The notes: generated from the sequence alone by a model not told the origin. Positions 19,094-28,791 are shown, numbered from the stretch's first letter. The stretch: DNA of 58,351 bases from an uncultured Gammaproteobacteria bacterium (GCA_964468355.1 CAYXSV010000036.1:1-58351), one strand, 5' to 3'. Numbers and translations are program-made.

Positions 19094-19120
19094 GACTATT
19101 ATGGGGTTTTGAGGTATGAA
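19092..19120 (+). promoter_or_regulatory. Candidate promoter TTGACT-17-TATGAA, 6 nt from the ATG at 19127
   Basis: The -35 overlaps the end of repeat copy 1. No SD sequence. Confidence 0.3.
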
Positions 19121-19126
19121 TAAAGT

Positions 19127-19804
19127 ATGAGAAAAAGGGAATCTAAACTTCTTAAAACTCTTCGTTTAATAGAAGACCTGTTAATTTTATCGTCTGATTA
19201 TTTTGATAAAGATATAAGAAATTTTCCTGATTTAGAAGACTGGCTTTACGCCGGAGTCAAATCAACTTCCAACTACTTTGTTCAAAAAGGCGTACTTAAC
19301 CCAGATTTATCTTTTCGCAAAAAACCAAAATCGGTCTTAAGATTAATTGAAAACCCATGGGACGGTAAATGGAGGTTTATCGTTTATGATGTCCCCCAAG
19401 AACATAAAGTAATTAGAAGCTTAATCCGCAGACGGCTTAAAGAGTGGGATTTTAAGCTTTTTCAAAAATCTATTTGGTTTTCTCCGCTACCGCTAACTAC
19501 CGAGATTTTAAAACTAGATAAACAAATTGATGATACCGATTATCTAAGCGTTATAGAAGGGAAAATACACAGAGACAACCCGCGAAAATTGATTAAAGAA
19601 AAATGGGCAGTTGACCAATGGAAAAACAACGCCCTATACTGGATGGAAGAAAACAGAAAAATCTCAAAAATGGATGCTAAAAATCAAGAAGCTTTTTGGA
19701 CACTAATTTCTGAACATCCAAAAATACCTTTAGAGCTATTACCAAAAAATTGGCCTTTAAAAGATATCTTTGAAACTTTCACTAAAAGAAAATTCAAAAT
19801 TTAA
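19127..19804 (+). CDS. PaaX-like / Cas2-fold domain regulator-like protein
   Basis: WDGKWRFIVYDVPQEHKVIRSLIRRRLKEWDFKLFQKSIWFSP matches the W-x-G-x-W...YD[IV]P...R..L...GF..LQ.S[VI]W pattern of PaaX/Cas2-like domains. Confidence 0.55.
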   Translation: MRKRESKLLKTLRLIEDLLILSSDYFDKDIRNFPDLEDWLYAGVKSTSNYFVQKGVLNPDLSFRKKPKSVLRLIENPWDGKWRFIVYDVPQEHKVIRSLIRRRLKEWDFKLFQKSIWFSPLPLTTEILKLDKQIDDTDYLSVIEGKIHRDNPRKLIKEKWAVDQWKNNALYWMEENRKISKMDAKNQEAFWTLISEHPKIPLELLPKNWPLKDIFETFTKRKFKI

Positions 19805-19828
19805 GTGTGCGATCGCATAGATAAATTT
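19796..19828 (+). repeat. 33-nt perfect direct repeat copy 2
   Basis: Identical to 19061-19093. Contains the stop codon of the 19127-19804 ORF. Confidence 0.95.
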
Positions 19829-19859
19829 AGATGTTATAGGATGTGGGGATCGATTTATA

Positions 19860-20603
19860 TTATTTAATTAAATCTAAGTCGCCGTCGAGGATTTCTTCAA
19901 GCTGGCGGGTTTTTTTACCGTTGCGGTGATCCGTAACCCGATTTTGTTGAAAATTATATGTCCGGATTTTATCAGATCTTTTACCGGAACCGGCATTTTT
20001 CCTTACTTGACCAATATAGCCCTTTTTTTGCTTCTGGGCCTTTTGCCATAACTTAGAAGCGAGTAAACTTAAAGCAACATGACGGTTTTTTTGCTGACTT
20101 CTCTCCTTTTGACACTCGACCGTAATCCCGGTTGGCTTATGAGTTAATCTTACTGCGGTTGAGACCTTATTAACATTCTGGCCTCCATGACCGCCTGCTC
20201 TAAAAAAATCCCATTCCAAATCTTCTTCCTTAATTTCTTTTGGGCTGACTGAAACTTTAGGCAAAACAATTACAACCGCCGTTGAAGTATGAATACGGCC
20301 GTGTTTTTCCGTTTCCGGAATTCTTTGGACGCGGTGCGTCCCGGTCTCGGCTTCAAGTTTCGGAAAAGCATTTCGGCCAACAATTTGAAGCTTATTGTCA
20401 TCAATTTTACCAACTTTCCAACCTTTACCGTTGGCATAACGCAAATACATTCGAAAAAGATCTTTAGCCCAAATTTTGGCTTCCGTTCCACCAGCACCCG
20501 GCTGTATTTCTAGTATGGCTACATTGGGGTTAATTTTCATTAGAAGATTTTTTGCCTTTAGTATTTGGCTTTTTAGCTTTAGCCGCCTTTCTCTTTCTCT
20601 CAA
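19860..20603 (-). CDS. prfA: Peptide chain release factor 1, short form lacking the N-terminal domain 1 (start ambiguous; alternative Met at 20540)
   Basis: [18 protein letters not shown] (P-x-T codon-recognition type), [19 protein letters not shown] (GGQ), and RSQQKNR. Confidence 0.85.
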   Translation of the reverse strand: MRERERRLKLKSQILKAKNLLMKINPNVAILEIQPGAGGTEAKIWAKDLFRMYLRYANGKGWKVGKIDDNKLQIVGRNAFPKLEAETGTHRVQRIPETEKHGRIHTSTAVVIVLPKVSVSPKEIKEEDLEWDFFRAGGHGGQNVNKVSTAVRLTHKPTGITVECQKERSQQKNRHVALSLLASKLWQKAQKQKKGYIGQVRKNAGSGKRSDKIRTYNFQQNRVTDHRNGKKTRQLEEILDGDLDLIK

Positions 20604-20781
20604 ACTTCTCTATCCGACCTTCGGTATCGATATATTTAGTCTCTCCGGTATAAAAAGGATGGCAGGCGGAACAAATTTCCACTTCAATTTCAGGCACTGT
20701 TGATCCGGTAATAAATGTATTACCGCAAGTACAAGTAACTTTTACTTGATCATGGTATTTCGGATGTATTTTCTTTTTCAT
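20530..20781 (-). CDS. rpmE: Ribosomal protein L31 with a Lys-rich C-terminal extension
   Basis: [10 protein letters not shown]...CTCG...[10 protein letters not shown]. The ATG at 20781 is preferred over the upstream TTG. Confidence 0.9.
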   Translation of the reverse strand: MKKKIHPKYHDQVKVTCTCGNTFITGSTVPEIEVEICSACHPFYTGETKYIDTEGRIEKFERKRKAAKAKKPNTKGKKSSNEN

Positions 20782-20790
20782 CGTCAAGAA

Positions 20791-20799
20791 ATTATAACA
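20791..20799 (-). promoter_or_regulatory. Extended -10 promoter TGTTATAAT (with TTGGGT 17 nt upstream), 9 nt from the rpmE ATG
   Basis: The minus strand reads TTGGGT-17-TATAAT ttcttgacg ATG. Confidence 0.4.
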
Positions 20800-20801
20800 T
20801 A

Positions 20802-21950
20802 TTATTCTCTTTCACCCAATTTTACCCTGGAAGTTTCTTCTTCTCCTTTACGCCAATATTTAATTTCAATCTCATCGCCTACTTTCTTTTTATTAATAAT
20901 TTCGGCTAATTTATTTTCTTCCTCAGCTACCCTCTTACCATCCAAATGGGTTATTATATCGCCTTCTTGAAGACCGGCCCGGTCAGCGGAAGAACCCTCT
21001 ACTACATTGCCGACATAAGCACCTTGAGGAACCTCGTTAAGCAAGGCCGCCCTTTCAGAAATCATTTGGTATTCTACTCCTAAAAATGCCCGTTTAAACT
21101 CACCTGTTTCTTCAAATATTTCCAAGCTTTCTTTAACAACATCAATCGGTATTGCGAACCCAATATTTTCCGCCTGGCCGGCAACGGCTACATTTACACC
21201 AATAACCTGTCCCACTGAATTTATTAAAGGGCCACCGGAATTACCCGGATTAATCGCCGCATCAGTCTGAATAACATCGTCCAGCCGTTCGACATAACCT
21301 TCATAAACAGAACCAGCGGTTATCCCTCGACCTAAACCGGAAATAACACCGGTGGTAACCGTATGCCTGAATTCACCAAGGGCCGTACCAATAGCAACAA
21401 CTAATTGTCCGACTTGTAAATTTTCGGAACTGCCTAAATCTATCGGCTGTAAATCTGAATCCACTTTTAAAATCGCCAAATCATTTACCGGATCACGGTA
21501 TATGTCGCTAACTTCATAAACTTCTCCATTCTGATCTATTACCCGGTATTCGGCTGATAAATCATTAACTACATGTTTATTAGTTATTACTAAACCTTTC
21601 CTGGGTACAAATCCCGAGCCGATATTTCTTTCAATTCGGCGTTCCTCCGTTTCAAAATTAAAAAAACCAAAAGGGTCAAAATTGGGCTGGGGAATATTCT
21701 GGGCTTTGCTTATCGATACAGTAACTACTGAAGGAGCTGATTTTTCAACCACATCGATAACTACCGATTCTTCTTTAAGAACCTTGATTTCCGTATACGC
21801 TTCGCCCGGCCGCTCATTACCGGGGAAATATTGATTTAGAAATTCCAACCACCCTAACCTGTCAGCTACACCACCAAAAATTACAGCCACCAAAACCAAA
21901 AAACCAATACCAAAACCAGCCAAGAAAAAACGTAATTTTTTCATCGTCAT
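20802..21950 (-). CDS. HtrA/DegP-family serine protease with a PDZ domain
   Basis: N-terminal TM helix, His region ITNKHVV, DLAILKV, catalytic GNSGGPL, and a C-terminal PDZ ([13 protein letters not shown]). Confidence 0.9.
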   Translation of the reverse strand: MTMKKLRFFLAGFGIGFLVLVAVIFGGVADRLGWLEFLNQYFPGNERPGEAYTEIKVLKEESVVIDVVEKSAPSVVTVSISKAQNIPQPNFDPFGFFNFETEERRIERNIGSGFVPRKGLVITNKHVVNDLSAEYRVIDQNGEVYEVSDIYRDPVNDLAILKVDSDLQPIDLGSSENLQVGQLVVAIGTALGEFRHTVTTGVISGLGRGITAGSVYEGYVERLDDVIQTDAAINPGNSGGPLINSVGQVIGVNVAVAGQAENIGFAIPIDVVKESLEIFEETGEFKRAFLGVEYQMISERAALLNEVPQGAYVGNVVEGSSADRAGLQEGDIITHLDGKRVAEEENKLAEIINKKKVGDEIEIKYWRKGEEETSRVKLGERE

Positions 21951-23194
21951 TCGCTATTGACTATTAATTGTTCTACGCCCTTTTCCAGAAATAAATCTTC
22001 ATCTGATTTTAACTCATCCTCTTCCGGTATTTCAACTTTAACATCCGGTTCCAAACCACTGTCATCAATAGTTTTTTCATTAGGCAAAAGCCATCTGGCG
22101 GTAGTAATATGCAAACCTGCATTGCCGGGCAGTTGTTCAGGTTCTTGAATCGTTCCCTTGCCAAACGAGGTTTGCCCCACAATTTCAGCGCGTTGATGTT
22201 GGCTTAAAGCGCCGGCTAAAATTTCTGAAGCGGAAGCGGATCCATTATTGATTAAAACCACTAAAGGAACATTAACAAGTTTTCCTGACCGCTGAACGGA
22301 AAACTCTTTTTTTGTCCCAAGATACGACTCTTGCCAAACTATTGTTTTTCCCCTTTGCAAAAACTCTTCAGCTACATAAGTTGCTCCGTGCAAATAACCG
22401 CCGGGATTATTTCTAACATCTAAAACTACCCCGCCAAAATTCGGATCATTTAATTTTTGTTCAACTTCTTTAACCCATTCATCCCACTCCTGAATCATTA
22501 TTTGACTAAAATGGAGTAAGTGCACATGGGCATAACTTTTTCCGTCCCTTGACTCCCAACTAGTTTCTATAGCCGGGATTTCAATTTCTCCACGGGTTAT
22601 CTCAACATCAAACGGCTCCGGCCTGGATTCTCTAGATAATGTTAAAATGACTTTATTTCCAATTTCTCCACGGATTAGCTTAACTGCTTCCGGTAAAGAA
22701 ATATCCTCGGTAGTTTTTTCTACATCTTTATTATTATCAGTTATTTTTAAAATATAATCTCCTGCTTCAACTCCGGCTTTTTCTGCCGGTGTATTTTTAA
22801 GAGGTGAAAGCACAGCAAGCTGTTTATCTTTATACCCCAGCTGAATACCAACTCCGCCAAAACTACCGCTTAGGTTCTCCTGGCTTATCTCATTGTCCTC
22901 AGAAGGTAAATATACGGTATATGGATCACCCAAAGAATTAACCATACCGGAAATTGCTCCTTCAACCATTTTATCCGACTGTAAATCGTCTTTATCCAGA
23001 TATTTTTCCTCAAGTTTAGACCAAACTAACCAAAACTCGGATAAATCAATTTTTTCAGTAGAGTTTTGTCTGGAAGTAGCCTTGAAATCGGCTTTTTTTA
23101 AACCATATCGATAACCACCGTATCCAACCAAACCGGCTATTAATAAAATTAAAACTATCTGGCGTATTTTTTTATATAAATTTTTCTTGGTCAT
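21947..23194 (-). CDS. Carboxy-terminal processing (S41, tail-specific) protease
   Basis: PDZ (PAEKAGVEAGDYILKI), LDVRNNPGG, and catalytic GSASASEI...GKG. Confidence 0.88.
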   Translation of the reverse strand: MTKKNLYKKIRQIVLILLIAGLVGYGGYRYGLKKADFKATSRQNSTEKIDLSEFWLVWSKLEEKYLDKDDLQSDKMVEGAISGMVNSLGDPYTVYLPSEDNEISQENLSGSFGGVGIQLGYKDKQLAVLSPLKNTPAEKAGVEAGDYILKITDNNKDVEKTTEDISLPEAVKLIRGEIGNKVILTLSRESRPEPFDVEITRGEIEIPAIETSWESRDGKSYAHVHLLHFSQIMIQEWDEWVKEVEQKLNDPNFGGVVLDVRNNPGGYLHGATYVAEEFLQRGKTIVWQESYLGTKKEFSVQRSGKLVNVPLVVLINNGSASASEILAGALSQHQRAEIVGQTSFGKGTIQEPEQLPGNAGLHITTARWLLPNEKTIDDSGLEPDVKVEIPEEDELKSDEDLFLEKGVEQLIVNSE

Positions 23195-23210
23195 TTTATA
23201 ATTACAAATT

Positions 23211-23735
23211 CTAACTCGTATCAGGAACCAATAAGCAATTCTTACCGGCGTTCAATAAACATTTTACTCCATCTTTATTTTTTATCAAATTTTTATTTTT
23301 TTTATCAACCACTAAAATTGGAATTAATGCCTTTTTTAGAGATTTTACCTCTTTTTCTTCTTCAGAAAAAGCAATAATTCCGCTGACACCTAAAGTTCTT
23401 GCCTTAGAAAGAAAATGGGAAGTTAAATTTTCTCTACCGGTAGCAATAATTTTCTGTTGATATTGGCTGTTAAGCTGACTGTAGTTAATCTTTGGAGACC
23501 AGATTAATCTTCCCCATACATGTTTGTCTATTAAACTTTGACCAGAGATTTTTAGGGTTTCAAACTCAAATTTTATTTTTCCATCAGAAACTTCAATTAT
23601 CTTGCCGTCTGCCGGAGCATTGATTTCTTTTTGATCATTTTCAGCCAAAACTTCATCCGCTGAAACAATCTGATTTTCTTTTACTCTAACTTTTGTACTC
23701 TCAGGCAGATTAATTATCCAAACAGCTTTACTCAT
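23211..23735 (-). CDS. Hypothetical protein (possible N-terminal barrel-sandwich/lipoyl-like motif)
   Basis: VKENQIVSADEVLAEN...INAPADGKIIEV resembles the hybrid-barrel motif. It occupies the position after rpsR where rplI often sits, but it is not L9-like. Confidence 0.35.
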   Translation of the reverse strand: MSKAVWIINLPESTKVRVKENQIVSADEVLAENDQKEINAPADGKIIEVSDGKIKFEFETLKISGQSLIDKHVWGRLIWSPKINYSQLNSQYQQKIIATGRENLTSHFLSKARTLGVSGIIAFSEEEKEVKSLKKALIPILVVDKKNKNLIKNKDGVKCLLNAGKNCLLVPDTS

Positions 23736-23740
23736 CGGGT

Positions 23741-23977
23741 CTAACCTACGCGGGTAATAAACGGAAGTAAACCAAGGTGGCGGGCATGTTTTACGGCTTT
23801 AGCTAACCGCCGCTGATGTTTAGAACAAACACCGGTTTTTTCTCGAGACAAAATTCTCATTCTTGGGGAAAGAAAATTTTTCAAAACCTGGTAGTCACGC
23901 CAATATGGTTCCTTGCCGGTTTTACAAAACTGGCAGTCCCGCTTAATTGGCTCATCTTTTTTTCTTTTTCTTGCCAT
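23741..23977 (-). CDS. rpsR: Ribosomal protein S18
   Basis: C-x-FC...Y.D...L..F......I..R..TG.C.K.QR.L..A.K.AR.L.LLPF pattern. Confidence 0.92.
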   Translation of the reverse strand: MARKRKKDEPIKRDCQFCKTGKEPYWRDYQVLKNFLSPRMRILSREKTGVCSKHQRRLAKAVKHARHLGLLPFITRVG

Positions 23978-24008
23978 TTATTTATAATAAATCAAATCAA
24001 TAATAACT

Positions 24009-24533
24009 TTAAAAAGGAATATCTTTGTCATCCTCACTCTCTTTTTCTTTTTCGGTTTCTTTTTGATGGTCTTCAAAATCTTCCTCTATACTTTTTTCTT
24101 TTTTATCAGTTCCTTCTTCCTCATCTTCTTCTACCGGGGGTTCGGGCTCTGATAAATTTTCTTCTTCCTGGTGGACCGTATCTTGATCCGCGTCGTCCCG
24201 GGAAGACAAAAGAATCATATCGTCAATAACTATTTCCGTAGTTTGGCGTTTAACATTGTCATCGCCTGTCCACTCGCGGTATTGAATACGGCCGCCGACA
24301 TAAGCTTTTGCTCCCTTGTAAAGTAATTGGGCACAAAGCTCAGCTAGCTGAGCCCAGGCAACAATCCGGTGGAACTGCGCTGCTTCTTTTTCATCTCCGT
24401 CGCTTGTCGTCCACCGCCGATTAGTAGCTAAACCAAAATTACAAACAGCCGTACCGTTGGGTGTATATCTCAACTCCGGATCTCGGGTTAAATTACCTAA
24501 AAGCATAATCCGGTTAAGGCATCTCGTTGACAT
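24009..24533 (-). CDS. ssb: Single-stranded DNA-binding protein
   Basis: OB-fold N-terminus (LNRIMLLGNLTRDPELRYTPNG), an acidic tail, and a terminal DDKDIPF. Confidence 0.93.
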   Translation of the reverse strand: MSTRCLNRIMLLGNLTRDPELRYTPNGTAVCNFGLATNRRWTTSDGDEKEAAQFHRIVAWAQLAELCAQLLYKGAKAYVGGRIQYREWTGDDNVKRQTTEIVIDDMILLSSRDDADQDTVHQEEENLSEPEPPVEEDEEEGTDKKEKSIEEDFEDHQKETEKEKESEDDKDIPF

Positions 24534-24546
24534 TTTAAATCCTCCT

Positions 24547-24837
24547 TTAGTCCTTTTTCAAAAATAAATAACGGATAATAGTGTCATTGCGGTTTAAATA
24601 AGTGTTAAAACTTTCAATTTTTGTATCTTCCGGAAATTGCAAGTGCCAAACTAGAAAAACCGCCTGATCTTCACCTTTTATTTGATAAGCAAGTGCTTTT
24701 CTTCCAATCTTTTCTTTATCATTAATTTTTCCATTTATTTGTTTAATCTCTTTTTCCAACCCGGATAAGGTTTTTTTCAAAACTTCCTCCTCCACTTCCG
24801 CCGGAGTTAAAAAAACAAATTCATATTCGACTGCCAT
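24547..24837 (-). CDS. rpsF: Ribosomal protein S6
   Basis: The start is moved to the internal MAVEYEFVFL, giving 96 aa. The longer ORF would overlap cysS. Confidence 0.85.
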   Translation of the reverse strand: MAVEYEFVFLTPAEVEEEVLKKTLSGLEKEIKQINGKINDKEKIGRKALAYQIKGEDQAVFLVWHLQFPEDTKIESFNTYLNRNDTIIRYLFLKKD

Positions 24838-24868
24838 TTGGATATTATTATACTTATTGACTAACCGT

Positions 24869-26233
24869 TTAGTCAAGGGGCTTAATTTTATAACCGGACT
24901 TGTTATCCTTAACTGAATAACCGAATTGTTCAATTTGACGCCTGATTTGATCGGCTTTTTCCCATTCTTTATTATTGCGTAAGTTTTTTCTTTTTTCGGC
25001 TAGTTCTAAAACTTGAGACGGAATTTCACTTGTTTTTACACTTTGTCCTAAATCCAGTCCCAAAATTTTATCAAAATCCAACGCTAAACTAAGTTTTTCC
25101 GGATTTTTCAATCCGGGATCCTCAATAACTTCCCAAAGTAAAGCAAGCGCTTGAGGAACAGCCAGATTATCGTTTATTAATTCAATAAAGTCCGAGCGGT
25201 ATTTCTGATAATTATTGGAAATAGAAATATTCTCCTTTTCTTCAAAATTACTTATCTTATATCTAAGCTTTTTTAAGCCATTTTGAGCTGACCGCAAACC
25301 TCTCCAGGTAAAATTCAATCTTGATCGGTAATGAGTCATTAAAAAAAGATAACGCAAATCCAAGGGGTCAAAACCCTTTTTTAAAACATCGTTTATCTCC
25401 AAAAAATTACCCAGTGATTTGCTCATTTTTTGACCTTCAATTTTTAAAAGCCCGGCATGCACCCAATAATTAACAAACTTTTGATTATTAGCTGATTCTG
25501 ATTGGGCTACTTCATTTTCATGGTGGGGAAATTTTAAATCCATTGCTCCGGCATGAATATCGATTGTTTTTCCTAAATATTTTTCCGCCATCACTGAGCA
25601 TTCAATATGCCAACCCGGCCTTCCTTTACCCCAAGGACTTTTCCAAAAGGGCTCGCCTTTTTTATGACCTTTCCACAAGGCGAAATCGGCTGCGTTTTCT
25701 TTATCATATTTATCATTTTCCACCCGAGTCCCTGATTTTGCTTCCTCCGGCTTAATTCCCGACAACTTACCGTAATCATCAATTTTACCAATATCAAAGT
25801 AAACCGACCCATCTTCTTTAACATAGGCGTAACCTTTATCGATTAACTTTTTAACCATGGAAATAATATCATCAATATGTTCGGTAACCCGGGGATATTT
25901 ATCAGCCGGAATAATATTTAAATCCTTTAAATCTTTTTTAAACATCGGAATATAACGTTCAGCTAGTTTTTCAATAGAAGTATTTTCTTTATCAGCTGTT
26001 TTGATCATATCGTCGTGAATATCAGTAATATTCAAAACATGGTTAACCTGATAACCGTTATAAAGAAAAACGCGTTTTAGTAAATCAAACGAAGTGTAAG
26101 TTCGGGCATGGCCTAAATGGCCCGGCCCGTAAACTGTCGGACCGCAAGTATACATTCTAACCTCGCCTTTTTTAATCGGCGAAAACTTCTCTTTTTTATC
26201 ACTAAGAGTATTAAACAGCTTAATTTTTGCCAC
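24869..26233 (-). CDS. cysS: Cysteinyl-tRNA synthetase
   Basis: MYTCGPTVYGPGHLGHAR (HIGH), WHIECS, and KMSKSLGN. Confidence 0.95.
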   Translation of the reverse strand: MAKIKLFNTLSDKKEKFSPIKKGEVRMYTCGPTVYGPGHLGHARTYTSFDLLKRVFLYNGYQVNHVLNITDIHDDMIKTADKENTSIEKLAERYIPMFKKDLKDLNIIPADKYPRVTEHIDDIISMVKKLIDKGYAYVKEDGSVYFDIGKIDDYGKLSGIKPEEAKSGTRVENDKYDKENAADFALWKGHKKGEPFWKSPWGKGRPGWHIECSVMAEKYLGKTIDIHAGAMDLKFPHHENEVAQSESANNQKFVNYWVHAGLLKIEGQKMSKSLGNFLEINDVLKKGFDPLDLRYLFLMTHYRSRLNFTWRGLRSAQNGLKKLRYKISNFEEKENISISNNYQKYRSDFIELINDNLAVPQALALLWEVIEDPGLKNPEKLSLALDFDKILGLDLGQSVKTSEIPSQVLELAEKRKNLRNNKEWEKADQIRRQIEQFGYSVKDNKSGYKIKPLD

Positions 26234-26693
26234 TTTTTATTTCCCTCCCTTTTCCCCTCTGCTGAATTAATGCTGTTCCCCGTTTCTTTTTAGTTCCGGT
26301 AGCCTCCAGGGGTGAGCCGGTCATTTTGGCTTCCTTCCTGGCTTGCTCCTTTTCTTCCTGCCGCTGTTTTTTCATTTCCTCAAGAAACCGCTCCTCTTGA
26401 GCATCTCTCTCTTTTTTTTCTTTTCTTACTTGCTGAATTTCTTGATCAACATTGCGGCCACCTGCTTGAGGAGATTTCTTTATACTTTCCTGTAAATCAG
26501 CAATTTCTTTTTCTTCTTTCTTTTTAACATCAGGGTCAACTTGTCCTTGATCTGATCCGCCGCCGCCAATAATTTCCCTACTCGCCTCTTCAGCCGCTTG
26601 CTCGGTCTGGTTTGCCACTTCTTTAATCGTTTCTCCGGCAAGTTGGCCCAAACCTTTTGCCGTATTCGATAAAATTTTTGGTTCTTTTACCAT
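26220..26693 (-). CDS. Hypothetical highly charged (E/K-rich) protein
   Basis: Low-complexity coiled-coil-like ORF in an operon context. Confidence 0.35.
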   Translation of the reverse strand: MVKEPKILSNTAKGLGQLAGETIKEVANQTEQAAEEASREIIGGGGSDQGQVDPDVKKKEEKEIADLQESIKKSPQAGGRNVDQEIQQVRKEKKERDAQEERFLEEMKKQRQEEKEQARKEAKMTGSPLEATGTKKKRGTALIQQRGKGREIKSGKN

Positions 26694-26695
26694 AT

Positions 26696-26977
26696 TTATA
26701 GACCTAAATCTCCCAGCGGTCCTTCACCCATTTCCTGCATCTTTTTAGCCGCTACTTTTTGAGATTTTTTAATTGCCTTATTGATCGCCTCAACAAGATT
26801 CTTATTCTCTTCGTTATTTATCAAAACCTCTTTTAGTTTTTGAGTTCCATCCATAACTACTTTTATCCCCTTTTCTTCAACAGTAACCTCTTCCTTACCA
26901 AGTACTTTTTTCATCTTTACCGCTTGATCTCTGAGCTGTTTTAATTTACCTAGTTTTTTAAATTTATCTAATGCCAT
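26696..26977 (-). CDS. ybaB: YbaB/EbfC-family nucleoid-associated protein
   Basis: 93 aa immediately downstream of dnaX (conserved synteny). MKK...L....V...E.G.V.V...G.....V.I pattern. Confidence 0.8.
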   Translation of the reverse strand: MALDKFKKLGKLKQLRDQAVKMKKVLGKEEVTVEEKGIKVVMDGTQKLKEVLINNEENKNLVEAINKAIKKSQKVAAKKMQEMGEGPLGDLGL

Positions 26978-26980
26978 AAT

Positions 26981-28438
26981 TCACCTCCCTTCAAATATAT
27001 CCTTAGCTGTATTATACAAATTATTTTTTTTCTTACCAAGCTTGCATTTTATCTTAACACACGAATCAAAAACTTCCTCAATTCCCTTTTCAACAATACG
27101 GCGATTACGATGTTCTTCCAACTTGTCTTTATGAAACTGATAAAAAACTTGCAAAATGAGGGCGTCACCTTCAATTTTAGACGGTTGAGCCGCTTTTAAA
27201 AAAGCGGCAACCGAATGATTCATCGGCTTAACCGCCTCCAGCAATTCCTCCCATTTTTCTTTAATTTCATTCATTTCTAAGTTTACACTGCCTAACTTAT
27301 TCCTGGTATCTTTTAATTTTCTTTTCTTACCTTGCTTACTTTTCTTCTTATTATCATTACTCTCACTGCTCGCCGTTTGCTGTTCACTATCCGTTTTATT
27401 TTCTAAAAACTTTATCACTGCTAATTGAAAAGGAAGCTGAGGAATTAAAGAGTTTTTCTGGCGGTAGGCCGCTTCCGAAAAAAGATCAGATAATTTTACC
27501 AACTGACTGAGAGTGAATTTCCCAGTCAACGCGTCAAAATTAGAGCTTTTTTTGGCACCTGTTTTGGCTAAAATTAAATCCCGAATTAAGTTAAGCAGTT
27601 CTTTTAAATAATCACTAAACCCGGCCCCTTCGGCAGACAATTCTTCACCAATAGTCATCAATTGATCAAGCCGACTTTCAGCTATCAATTCTAAGACCGT
27701 CTCCGGCTTTCTTTTTTCCCAATGTCCCAACATTTCTTTAGCTTCTTTCCACTTGATTTTATCACCAAGGTTTAAAACTAAACTTTCCACCATTTTTTGT
27801 GCATCGCGAAATCCGCCCTCCGAAAGCTTAATTATTTTTTCAACAACTTTATCATCAATGTTTAAATTCTCTCCTTGAATAACTTTTTTTAAACTTCGTT
27901 TCACTTCATCAGGCGTTCCTCTCCTAAAATCTATTCTTAATAGCCGGGACATAACCGTTGGAATAATTTTATCCGGATCAGTAGTGCATAAAATAAAGAT
28001 AACGTGAGCCGGCGGTTCCTCTAAAGTCTTTAAAAGCGCGTTAAACGCTTGATTGGTTAACATATGAACTTCGTCAATAATGTAAACCTTGTATTTTGCT
28101 TTTATCGGTGCAAGACCGATTTTCTCTTTTAACTGCCGGATATCATCAATACCGCGGTTAGAAGCGGCGTCAATTTCAATAACATCCAAGCTTGTTCCCC
28201 GCGTAATTTCCTGACAAACTTCACAACGGTTGCAGGGTTCAATACCTTTTTTATCGGAGCAATTAACAACTTTAGCAACTATGCGAGCAGCCGAAGTTTT
28301 ACCGGTACCTTTCGGACCGGCAAATAAAAAAGCATGAGGAATACTTTTTTTGGTCAATATTTTTTTAAGTTCCCGGCGGACATTTTTTAAATCCAGGTCC
28401 TCAATAGTTTGCGGTCGATATTTTAAAAAATACATCAC
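26981..28438 (-). CDS. dnaX: DNA polymerase III subunit gamma/tau
   Basis: Walker A GPKGTGKTS, Zn module CNRCEVC, DEVHML, SRLLRIDF. Confidence 0.93.
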   Translation of the reverse strand: MMYFLKYRPQTIEDLDLKNVRRELKKILTKKSIPHAFLFAGPKGTGKTSAARIVAKVVNCSDKKGIEPCNRCEVCQEITRGTSLDVIEIDAASNRGIDDIRQLKEKIGLAPIKAKYKVYIIDEVHMLTNQAFNALLKTLEEPPAHVIFILCTTDPDKIIPTVMSRLLRIDFRRGTPDEVKRSLKKVIQGENLNIDDKVVEKIIKLSEGGFRDAQKMVESLVLNLGDKIKWKEAKEMLGHWEKRKPETVLELIAESRLDQLMTIGEELSAEGAGFSDYLKELLNLIRDLILAKTGAKKSSNFDALTGKFTLSQLVKLSDLFSEAAYRQKNSLIPQLPFQLAVIKFLENKTDSEQQTASSESNDNKKKSKQGKKRKLKDTRNKLGSVNLEMNEIKEKWEELLEAVKPMNHSVAAFLKAAQPSKIEGDALILQVFYQFHKDKLEEHRNRRIVEKGIEEVFDSCVKIKCKLGKKKNNLYNTAKDIFEGR

Positions 28439-28791
28439 TTTGCAACTAAATTTCCTATTCCGTGTTCTAGTAATTCCTCAATAATTTCACTAACCATTCT
28501 CTGCCTTTGTCTAGCTTCTTTTCTGGCTAAAGGAAAACAAACAACAATATCCCCAATCCTTAAAACATTATCCGGACCTTTTTCGTGAAGTGGAAAGGCC
28601 AAAACCTTAGGAATATATTCTTTATTACGATAATCTTCGTTTAATTCTTTGGCTTTTCTTTTACCAACAAAATTCAAGCTTAATTCAACTTCGTCGGGAA
28701 ATTGATATTTATCTAAAATGTCTTGAGCAATTTTCCTGATTTCCTTAATATCCAAAGGATAACGCGGGTCTTTTTTAATTAATATCTTCAT
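28435..28791 (-). CDS. ybeY: YbeY-like protein (rRNA maturation endoribonuclease family) lacking the C-terminal His triad
   Basis: LNEDYRNKEYIPKVLAFPL and GDIVVCFPLARKEA align with YbeY. The protein ends ...EHGIGNLVAK, so only the first His is retained. Confidence 0.65.
   Translation of the reverse strand: MKILIKKDPRYPLDIKEIRKIAQDILDKYQFPDEVELSLNFVGKRKAKELNEDYRNKEYIPKVLAFPLHEKGPDNVLRIGDIVVCFPLARKEARQRQRMVSEIIEELLEHGIGNLVAK

Noticed and set aside
20270-20970. Several 60-85-aa ORFs on both strands around prfA, rpmE and htrA (20270-20497, 20282-20467, 20289-20513, 20476-20703, 20746-20970)
   Set aside because: All are nested in, or antisense to, genes with strong family motifs (RF1, L31, HtrA).
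24838-24933. Long N-terminal extension of S6 (the ORF starts at 24933)
   Set aside because: The extension overlaps the cysS 3' end. The conserved S6 N-terminus (MAVEYEFVFL) begins at the internal Met, giving a canonical 96-aa protein.
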